This document shows, piece after piece, positions 1-7,453 of a stretch of DNA of 64,000 nucleotides (its first letter is position 1; each line of letters begins with the position of its first letter). Below the pieces are notes generated by a model. The model had not been told where the DNA came from, ran no database searches, and saw nothing but the letters and a program-made list of their open reading frames with translations. The translations under genes were made by a program, and so were the position numbers. This DNA is from Planctomycetota bacterium (GTDB lineage: Bacteria > Planctomycetota > B15-G4 > SIAN01), in NCBI GenBank assembly GCA_036732755.1, contig DAINBU010000005.1, forward strand, positions 3,872 through 67,871, given 5' to 3'.

Positions 1-969
1 CACGTCCGCGGGCGTCGTCGTCGCGCCGACTTCGAGCAGGAGAGGCTCGATCTTGGTGCGCAGGAAGTGGTCGGGGCAGCTCGTGCCGATCGCGCAGAGG
101 CGCTCGGCCTCCTTCGAACCGGCGAACTCGAGCACGTCGTCGGAGTCGTCGAAGTGGCCGACTTTACGGGCTTCCTTCGACAGCTTGCCGCGCAGCGCCG
201 GCATCAGCGCCGCGACGAAGGCGCGCCGCTCGGCCGGCCCGCGTGCCGCGATCTGCACGCCGCCGAACGCGGCCGCCGCCGGCCTGCGGTCGAAGTACTC
301 GATGGCCCGGTTGATCAGCGCGAGCGCGAGCTCGTAGCAGCCTTTCGACGTCTCGGCCCAGCTGATCAAGCCGTGGTTCTGCAGCACGATCCCCTCGAGC
401 CGGGGGTTCTTCTTGCAGGCGTCGCGCAGCTTGAGCCCGAGGTCGAAGCCGGGCCGCTGCCACGGCAGCCAGCCCACCTCGTCGCCGTAGATCTCGCGCG
501 TCGCGCGCTCGCCGTTCCTGGCCGCCGCGAGCGCGATCACCGCGTCGGGATGCAGATGGTCGACGTGCCGGAACGGCAGGAACGCGTGCAGCGGAGTGTC
601 GATGCTGGTCGCGCGCGGATTGAGATCGAAGGTGCAGTGCGCGTAGAGGGCCGGCATCGCGTCCTCTTTCGCGCGCCCCTCGTACTTCTTCTCGAGCGCG
701 AGCAGCTTCGCCTGGTAGAGCGACGCGAAGCCGTCGAGCTTGCTGGTCCCGAGGTCGCCGCCGCTCCCCTTCACCCAGAGCACCTCGACCTCGTCGCCCG
801 TCAGCGGATCCTTCGTCCGCACCTTGGCCGAGGTGTTGCCGCCGCCGAAGTTCGTGACGCGCAGGTCGGAGCCGAACAGGTTCGAGCGGTAGACCAGGAG
901 CTGCTCTTCGGAGAGGCCGGCGGCGTGCGCGTCGTCCCAGCGGCTTTCGATCGTGCGGGCGCGGGTCAT
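1..969 (-). CDS. rhaD: Bifunctional rhamnulose-1-phosphate aldolase/short-chain dehydrogenase, N-terminal part (runs off the left edge)
   Basis: Not in the ORF track. My translation from ATG 969 gives MTRARTIESRWDD..YRSNLFGSDLRVTNFGGGNTSAKV..WVKGSGGDLG..SIDTPLHAFLPFRHVDHLHPD..GTSCPDHFLRTK, the class II aldolase motifs of the RhaD/YuxG fusion family. The frame is open to position 1. Confidence 0.9.
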   Translation of the reverse strand, partial: MTRARTIESRWDDAHAAGLSEEQLLVYRSNLFGSDLRVTNFGGGNTSAKVRTKDPLTGDEVEVLWVKGSGGDLGTSKLDGFASLYQAKLLALEKKYEGRAKEDAMPALYAHCTFDLNPRATSIDTPLHAFLPFRHVDHLHPDAVIALAAARNGERATREIYGDEVGWLPWQRPGFDLGLKLRDACKKNPRLEGIVLQNHGLISWAETSKGCYELALALINRAIEYFDRRPAAAAFGGVQIAARGPAERRAFVAALMPALRGKLSKEARKVGHFDDSDDVLEFAGSKEAERLCAIGTSCPDHFLRTKIEPLLLEVGATTTPADV

Positions 970-979
970 GCGGCCGACG

Positions 980-3900
980 TTACGCGTCGCGCCCGCGGCC
1001 GACGAGGACCTCCACCGCCTTCTGCTTCGCCGCCCGCAGGTCGATCTTGCCGGTGCCGAGGAGCGGCAGCTCCGCGACCTGCACGAAGTGGTCGAGGCGC
1101 GGGAGGAAGAGGTTGGGGAGTCCCGATCCGGCCATCCGCTCGAGCAGCGGCTCGATCTCCGTGGCGGGAAGCGTGTGGAGGACGGCGAGCCGCTCGCCCC
1201 GGGTCGCGTCGGGGACCGCGGTCACGACGAAGGTCGGCACGATGAGGTTCGCCTGCTTGTGCAGCTCTTCCTCGATGCGGCCGTGCGGGACCATCTCGCC
1301 GCCGATCTTGGAGAAGCGCGAGACGCGGTCGGTGATCTTGATGAAGCCGTCCTCGTCGACCTGCGCGAGGTCGCCGGTCACGTACCAGCCGTCGCGGATC
1401 GCCTGCGCCGTCAGGTCGTCGCGGCCGAGGTAGCCCTTCATCACGTTGGGGCCGCGCACCAGCAGCAGCCCCTCCTTCCCGGGCGGCAGCGCCTCGAAGG
1501 TCTCGGGCTGCACGACGCGCACGGTGACGCCGGGGAGCGGCTGGCCGACGGTGCCGCGCCGCCAGCCCGCCTGATAGAAGCCCGCCGCGCGGAAGTCGGG
1601 CGTGCTCGCGGCGACGACCGGCGAGCACTCGGTCGCGCCGTAGCCCTCGAGCGGCTTGATCCCGAACCAGTCCTCGAACGCCGTGACGAGGCGGTCGGGC
1701 AGCTTTTCCGCGCCCGCGAGCACCACGCGCAGCGTCCCGAACTGCGCCGGCGTGCAGCGGCGCAGGTAGATCGCGAGCAGCGTCGGCGTCGAGAGCAGGA
1801 AGGTGACGCGGTGGCGCTCGACCAGCTCGCCGATCGCGGAGGCGTCGGTCGGGCTCGGGTGCCAGACGGTCGCGAGCCCCTCGATGGCCGCGAACCAGAG
1901 CGTCGCCGTGTAGCCGAAGCTGTGGAAGAGCGGCAGCACGCCCAGGATCTTGTCGTCGATCGTAGTGCGGAACGCCTGCGCGAGCGCCTCGACGTTGCTG
2001 TCGACGTTGAAGTGGGTGAGCATCACCCCCTTCGGCTCGCCGGTCGAGCCGCTGCTGAAGAGGATGGTCGCGACGTCGTCGACGCGCACTTCGTTCCGCG
2101 CTCCACACCATTTTTCGATCAGGCGCGCCGGCGAGAAGACGGCCATGAAGGCCGCCTCGCGCCGCAGCGCGACGGTGACGCGCGGCTCGACGTCCTCGAG
2201 GAAGAGCGGCGTCACGCCCCGCGGCAGCTCGACCTTGGCGCGCGCCAGGAACTCGCGCGAGGTGACGACGACGCGCAGCCCGCCCTGCCGCGCCGCAGAG
2301 GCCATCGCCGCCGGCCCGGCCGTGAAGTTGAGGTTGATCGAGGTGCGGCCGGCCAGCGTCACCGCGAGATTCGCGAGCGCGCCGCCGATCGACGGCGGCA
2401 GCAGCAGGCCGACCCGCGGGTCCTCGCCGAAGTCGTCGCGCAGCACGCGCGCCAGGCACATCGCCGAGAGGAGCGCACGCATGCGCGAGAGCTTGGGCGT
2501 CTTCTGGTCGGCAAAGAGGAGGCGCCACGGCCGGCGTCGAGCGGCCCGGATGAACGAATGATGCAGCGGCTTGCGGCTGTCGCGCCGCTCGCTCCACGCT
2601 TCTTCGCCCAGCATCTGGACGTGGCGGCGCACCTCCCAGATCGAGGTCGTGGAGGGCAGCCCGGCGCCATAGCTCACCGTCACCGGGTAGGCGATGCGCT
2701 CGGGCAGCTTCCAGAAGAAGCGCTGTCCGCTGTAGCTGAAGAGGCTCCCCCACACGCGGTCGAGGTGGACCGGGATGATCGGGACGGCGCGCCCCTTCAC
2801 GATCCGCTCGAGTCCGCGCCGGAACGGATTCAGCATCCCGGTCCGCGTGATCTGCCCCTCCGCGAAGATGCAGACGAGGTTGCCCTCGTCGAGGTGCTTG
2901 CCGGCGTCGCGCAGCGCCCTCAGGATCGAGCGCGGCCCCCCCTCCGAGCTGATCGGGATCGCCCGCAGCCAGCGCAACACGCGCCCGAGGATCGGCCGCG
3001 CGAAGAACGACGCGTCGACCAGGAAGCGGATCGGCCGGTCGAGGCTCGCGATCAGGAAGAGGCCGTCGGCGAAGGAGACGTGGTTGGGGACGAGCAGCGC
3101 GCCCCCCTTCTCCGGGACGTTGCTCCGCCCCACCACCTTCAAGCGGTAGATCGAGTGGGTCAGCAGGAAGAGGACGAGGCGCACGAACGCCTGCGGCACC
3201 ACGAACGCCGCCCCCACCGCCGCGCCGAGCGTGAAGAGGGCCGAGAAGATGAAGAGCGCGCGGCCGTTCGCGGCGGCGCTCGTCCCGAAGATGATGCCGC
3301 CGTGGCGCTCGACGCCGACGGTGCCGGCCCACGCGAGCGCGGCGCCCAGCGCGATGCCGCCCGCCATGAGCGCGTTGGCGATCGCGATGATCGCGCCGCG
3401 CCGGTCCTCGGGAGCGCGCCACTGCATGATCGCGTCGAGCGGCACGAGCAGCAGCCCCGCCGACGCGCCCATCAGCAGCATCAGCGTGAAGGTCCCGACG
3501 CGGCCCGGCTCGATCAGCGCGAGCGCGAACGTGAAGCCCGCCAGCAGGAACGCGCCGAGCGGCAGGAGGCCCGTCTCCACCTTGCGCGCCGACTGCTTGC
3601 CGGCGAAGGCGCTGCCGAGTCCCACGCCGATGCCGAGGAACGCGATCGGTACGGTCGCGAGCCGGTCGGGGAACATCAGGCGGTTCTTGGCGTCGACCTG
3701 CAGCGTCTGCCCGATCAGCGTCGCGATGGCCCAGAAGGCGGCGCTGCCGATCACCGCGAGCATCAGCATCGGGTCGCTCTTGATGGACTTCAGCGCCTCC
3801 AGCAGGACGCGCGGCGAATAGTTGCGCGTGCTCGCCGCCGGGACGCGTGGGATGCGGCGCGCCGCGAACCAGCCGGCGAGAGAGACGACCGTGAGGAACG

Positions 3901-4510
3901 CCGCCGCGATCCAGGTGTAGGGCCACGCCTCGAAGGTGATGAAGCCGGCCACCGCCGTCCCGCTCACGATCCCGAAGAAGTTCCACATCTCGAGCTGGCC
4001 GTTGGCGTCCGACAGCCGCTCGTGCGACACGAGTTCGGGCAGGATGCTGTAGCGCGCCGGCTGGAAGAGGGCCGCCTGCAGCCCGAGCAGGACGAGCAGC
4101 ACGTACAAGGGCCAGCCGCCGGTCGGGTTCACGTAGAGGATCGCGGTACCGAGCGCGACGAGGCCGGTCAGGAGCCCCATCGAATTGACCATGATGCTGC
4201 GCTTGCTGAAGCGGTCGGCCAGGATCGCGGAGGGGATCGACGCGATCATCAGCGGGACGAGGAAGACGGCGAAGGCGATCGCGTAGGCGCGCTGCTGCAC
4301 CTCATCGCTGGCGGTGAGCTCGCCGCGGTCGTCGATCACGCCCGACGCGCGCAACATGCAGAGCGCGATGACGAGGTTCCACGCCTTGTCGACGAAGGCG
4401 CACAGGAACTGGGCGGCCATCAGCCCGGAGAGCGAGTTCGTGGCTCGATCCGGCGCGCTGCCCGCCGTGCCCGCGGTCCCGCCCGCGCCGCCTGTCGTCG
4501 AACCGTCCAT
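980..4510 (-). CDS. aas: Acyl-[ACP]--phospholipid O-acyltransferase: MFS (LplT-like) + PlsC acyltransferase + AMP-binding acyl-ACP synthetase fusion, 1176 aa
   Basis: N-terminal multi-TM MFS region. Acyltransferase motifs NHVSFAD and FAEGQIT. AMP-binding motifs FSSGSTGEPKG, YGATE, TGD, GEMV and GTGKID. Confidence 0.93.
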   Translation of the reverse strand: MDGSTTGGAGGTAGTAGSAPDRATNSLSGLMAAQFLCAFVDKAWNLVIALCMLRASGVIDDRGELTASDEVQQRAYAIAFAVFLVPLMIASIPSAILADRFSKRSIMVNSMGLLTGLVALGTAILYVNPTGGWPLYVLLVLLGLQAALFQPARYSILPELVSHERLSDANGQLEMWNFFGIVSGTAVAGFITFEAWPYTWIAAAFLTVVSLAGWFAARRIPRVPAASTRNYSPRVLLEALKSIKSDPMLMLAVIGSAAFWAIATLIGQTLQVDAKNRLMFPDRLATVPIAFLGIGVGLGSAFAGKQSARKVETGLLPLGAFLLAGFTFALALIEPGRVGTFTLMLLMGASAGLLLVPLDAIMQWRAPEDRRGAIIAIANALMAGGIALGAALAWAGTVGVERHGGIIFGTSAAANGRALFIFSALFTLGAAVGAAFVVPQAFVRLVLFLLTHSIYRLKVVGRSNVPEKGGALLVPNHVSFADGLFLIASLDRPIRFLVDASFFARPILGRVLRWLRAIPISSEGGPRSILRALRDAGKHLDEGNLVCIFAEGQITRTGMLNPFRRGLERIVKGRAVPIIPVHLDRVWGSLFSYSGQRFFWKLPERIAYPVTVSYGAGLPSTTSIWEVRRHVQMLGEEAWSERRDSRKPLHHSFIRAARRRPWRLLFADQKTPKLSRMRALLSAMCLARVLRDDFGEDPRVGLLLPPSIGGALANLAVTLAGRTSINLNFTAGPAAMASAARQGGLRVVVTSREFLARAKVELPRGVTPLFLEDVEPRVTVALRREAAFMAVFSPARLIEKWCGARNEVRVDDVATILFSSGSTGEPKGVMLTHFNVDSNVEALAQAFRTTIDDKILGVLPLFHSFGYTATLWFAAIEGLATVWHPSPTDASAIGELVERHRVTFLLSTPTLLAIYLRRCTPAQFGTLRVVLAGAEKLPDRLVTAFEDWFGIKPLEGYGATECSPVVAASTPDFRAAGFYQAGWRRGTVGQPLPGVTVRVVQPETFEALPPGKEGLLLVRGPNVMKGYLGRDDLTAQAIRDGWYVTGDLAQVDEDGFIKITDRVSRFSKIGGEMVPHGRIEEELHKQANLIVPTFVVTAVPDATRGERLAVLHTLPATEIEPLLERMAGSGLPNLFLPRLDHFVQVAELPLLGTGKIDLRAAKQKAVEVLVGRGRDA

Positions 4511-4543
4511 CCCGCTCCGTCTTCCGTGGGGGCCCGGCCCCCC

Positions 4544-5593
4544 TCAATCGCGCCCGGCCGCCCGGGTCGCACCGCGCAGCTTCGCCGACGCCGCGCGCGA
4601 ATTGAAGCTCCGTTCCTCCGGAGTGGCCCGCACCGGCTCCGCCGTCGCTTCCTCATAAAGGGCGTCGGCGAGACCCTGCCGGAAAACCCACTTCACCATC
4701 CGGTCCTCGCCGCTGTGGAAGCTGATCACGGCGATGCGCCCGCCGGGCTTCAGCACGTAGGGAGCCACGCGCAGCAGCTCGTGCAGCTGGCCGAACTCGT
4801 CGTTCACGCGCATCCGCAGCGCCTGGAAGGTCCGCGCGGCGGGATGGAGCGTCCGGCCCGCGTGCTCCGCCTTGTCCCGGATCTGCTGGCGCGAAATCCC
4901 TTTCGCGCGCAGCACGACGTCGACGAGCTCGGAGGTGCGCTCGATCGGCCGCGCCGCGCGCGTCTCGACGATCGCGGTGGCGATCGCTTCGGCGTCGGGC
5001 TCGTCGGCGTTGGTGCGCAGGATGCCGACGAGCTCGTGCCAGGGGATGACGCGCAGCAGCGCCGCGCAGGACGTCTTGCGGCGCTCGTCCATCCGGAGAT
5101 CGAGCGGGCCGTCGTGCTTGAGACTGAAGCCGCGGGACGGATCGTCGAACTGCATGCTCGACACCCCGAGGTCGGCGAGGATGCCGTCGACCTGCGCGAG
5201 CCCCTCGGCCGCGAGGACCTTGCCGATCGCCGCGAAGCGGACCGCGTGGAGATGGAGCGCGTCCCCGAACTCCGCGAGCCGCTCGCGCGTCCTCTCGAGC
5301 TCGCGCGCGTCCTGATCGAGCCCGATCAGCCGGCCGCCTGGCGCAATCCTCTCGAGCAGCGCCCGCGCATGCCCGCCGAAGCCGAGCGTGCAGTCGACGA
5401 TCGTCTGCCCGGGCTGCGGGTCGAGCAGCTCGAGGACCTCGCGCAGCAGCACCGGCGCGTGCGTGCCGACCGGGACGCGGCCCTTGTCGCGGAGGTGGGC
5501 GGTGTGTTCCGGGTGCGCCGCGGCGGCGTGCTCCTTGTACCGCTCCGCGAACTTGCGCGGGTGGGAGCCGGAGTAGCGCGGGCGGCGGGTCAT
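4544..5593 (-). CDS. rsmH: 16S rRNA (cytosine-1402-N4)-methyltransferase RsmH/MraW family, with N-terminal extension
   Basis: Motifs HAPVLLREV, DCTLGFGGHA, GLDQD, DLGVSSMQFD, RGFS, GPLDLRM, FQALRMRVNDE, SFHSGEDRMVK and NSRAASAKLR. ATGA overlap with the upstream gene. Confidence 0.92.
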   Translation of the reverse strand: MTRRPRYSGSHPRKFAERYKEHAAAAHPEHTAHLRDKGRVPVGTHAPVLLREVLELLDPQPGQTIVDCTLGFGGHARALLERIAPGGRLIGLDQDARELERTRERLAEFGDALHLHAVRFAAIGKVLAAEGLAQVDGILADLGVSSMQFDDPSRGFSLKHDGPLDLRMDERRKTSCAALLRVIPWHELVGILRTNADEPDAEAIATAIVETRAARPIERTSELVDVVLRAKGISRQQIRDKAEHAGRTLHPAARTFQALRMRVNDEFGQLHELLRVAPYVLKPGGRIAVISFHSGEDRMVKWVFRQGLADALYEEATAEPVRATPEERSFNSRAASAKLRGATRAAGRD

Positions 5594-7383
5594 CGCGTGA
5601 GCTGCTTCTCGAGCGCGGCGCGGGCTTCGGCGACGTCGGCGGCGGTCACGTCGAAGCGGGTCGGACCGGTCGCGACCAAGACGTCACGGGTGAAGCGCGG
5701 CAGCTCGACTCGGGCGTGCGCGCCGCTCGAATTCACTCCGACCATCCCGACCAGGAGATGCGCGTTCCATCGCGCGCCTCGATCGAGCGCGATCGACCGG
5801 GGTGTCCCGACGTCGAGCGTCGACGCGTAGCTGTCGCGCACGAACGACGGCAGCGGCGGATCCTGGTCGGCGACGACGCGGAACTCGAGCCCCGCGCCGT
5901 CGATCGCCGGATCGACGGCGAGCTCGAACTCGACGTCGTCCTGCTCGACGGGCTCGAGCTCGACCGCGATCGTGCCGTGCGTCCGGAGCAGGTGCACGCG
6001 CTTGAAGCTCACCGCGAAGACGTCGATCCACGCAGAGTCGAGCGCCGCTTCGAGCTCCGCCGTCCCGTTCGCGGCGTGCGCCGTCCTCCAGTAGACGGAG
6101 GGCGAATCCTCGGGCGCGAGGCAGATCCACGACGACGGCGCGGGCGCGCCGTCGCGACGCGTCAGCTCGACCCTCCACTTGAACCGTTCGCCGCGGAGGA
6201 CGAGCGGCGACAGCCGCCGATCGGCCGTCTCCTCGCCGGCGCGGACCTCGACGTCGGCGACCGACGCGAGCAGGTCGTCGCGCAGATTCCCGTGGCTCGC
6301 CGTCGCGAAGACGTCGAAGCGACCTGGCCGCACTTCGAGCCGGAACTTGCGATCCATCTGGACGTCCTGCCCGCGGATTCCGGGGAGGTCGTTGGCGCCC
6401 GTGACGCGGGAGACGGCCTCCGGAAGCACCGCGTCCGCGCCGCGTCGCCGCGCGAAGACGAAGACGGTTCGGTCGGAGTCGATCGTCCCGACGATCGCAC
6501 CGGTCGTCGCGACCACGACCTCGACGTCGCGCGCCCTGCGCTGGAACGGGACGCGCGTGCTGGCGAATCCCTTCGGCGGCACCGCGTACAGGATCAGGTC
6601 GCGATTCTCGTAGTTCTCGAGGAGCACGAAGCGGCCGTCGGCACCCGTGGCCGAGCTTCCCGCGGAGTCGGTGGAACTCCATGCGGCGGTCCGCTCATCC
6701 GGGACGAGCGAGACGCGCGTCTCCGGGACCGGTTGGCCGAGCTCGTCGACGACGCGGCCGCTCACGAGCACCGGAATCGGGCTCGCGACGACGTCGCCGA
6801 CGTCGATCTCAGTTCCTTCCATGGTCTCGGGCAGGGGCACCTCGGCGTCGTAGGCGGCGTCCCGTTCGCGCATGTCGATGCGCACGTGGAAGTCCTCGAA
6901 GCGACCGATGGCGGGCGACACGAACTCGATCCGGAAGATCCCCCCTTCCGCGATCGTGGCGGAGCTCGAGCGCGCTCTCGGCAGATCTCGGCGCGACGCC
7001 GGCAGGACCGACAGCTGCGCCTCCGGACCGGGAGGCGGTTCGATGCCGATGAAGCGACCGCGCAGGACGCGCGCCGCTCTCGGAGCGTCGAGGACGACGA
7101 GGCTCCGTCCGGCGACGACGTCGCTCCGGACGCTCTCGCGCTCGCGCGTCGCGCCGCCGTCGCTCAGTTCACGGGCCTGCGACGGCGCGCTCTCGTGGTC
7201 GACGCTTTCATCCGAAGCGGCAGCAGCGGCTCGCACGACCTCTTGCGCTTCCGCGTCGCGCCGTACCTCGTCGACACGCATGAACCACCCGCCGACGACC
7301 GCGAGCGCCGTCAGCGTCACCGCCGACAGGACGACGACGAGGACGTTCGACCGCGCGGGCAGCGTCGACGGCGTGGGGACCAC
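5590..7383 (-). CDS. Membrane-anchored protein with carboxypeptidase-regulatory-like (transthyretin-type beta-sandwich) domains, 597 aa
   Basis: N-terminal TM helix and GRVVDELGQPV...ATGADGRFVL motif. The C-terminal half aligns with 7454-10210. Confidence 0.7.
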   Translation of the reverse strand: MVPTPSTLPARSNVLVVVLSAVTLTALAVVGGWFMRVDEVRRDAEAQEVVRAAAAASDESVDHESAPSQARELSDGGATRERESVRSDVVAGRSLVVLDAPRAARVLRGRFIGIEPPPGPEAQLSVLPASRRDLPRARSSSATIAEGGIFRIEFVSPAIGRFEDFHVRIDMRERDAAYDAEVPLPETMEGTEIDVGDVVASPIPVLVSGRVVDELGQPVPETRVSLVPDERTAAWSSTDSAGSSATGADGRFVLLENYENRDLILYAVPPKGFASTRVPFQRRARDVEVVVATTGAIVGTIDSDRTVFVFARRRGADAVLPEAVSRVTGANDLPGIRGQDVQMDRKFRLEVRPGRFDVFATASHGNLRDDLLASVADVEVRAGEETADRRLSPLVLRGERFKWRVELTRRDGAPAPSSWICLAPEDSPSVYWRTAHAANGTAELEAALDSAWIDVFAVSFKRVHLLRTHGTIAVELEPVEQDDVEFELAVDPAIDGAGLEFRVVADQDPPLPSFVRDSYASTLDVGTPRSIALDRGARWNAHLLVGMVGVNSSGAHARVELPRFTRDVLVATGPTRFDVTAADVAEARAALEKQLTR

Positions 7384-7389
7384 GCGGGG

Positions 7390-7424
7390 ATCAAACGGAG
7401 TCGCCGGACTTCGGGCAAGGTCGC
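7390..7424 (-). promoter_or_regulatory. Putative sigma70-type leaderless promoter GCGACC-TTGCCC-N17-TTTGAT, 6 nt before the GTG
   Basis: Same motif and spacing upstream of the paralog at 10219-10253. No Shine-Dalgarno before the start. Confidence 0.55.
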
Positions 7425-7453
7425 TTCACCGGAATCCCGGCGGCCGCACGCGC

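Noticed and set aside
953-5830. 1625-aa plus-strand ORF, and similar giants (24678-28712, 32710-36165, 34422-38858, 38955-41933, 45893-49129)
   Set aside because: Antisense shadows of well-supported genes. They are Arg/Ala-rich with no motifs, as expected from stop-codon scarcity in very GC-rich DNA.
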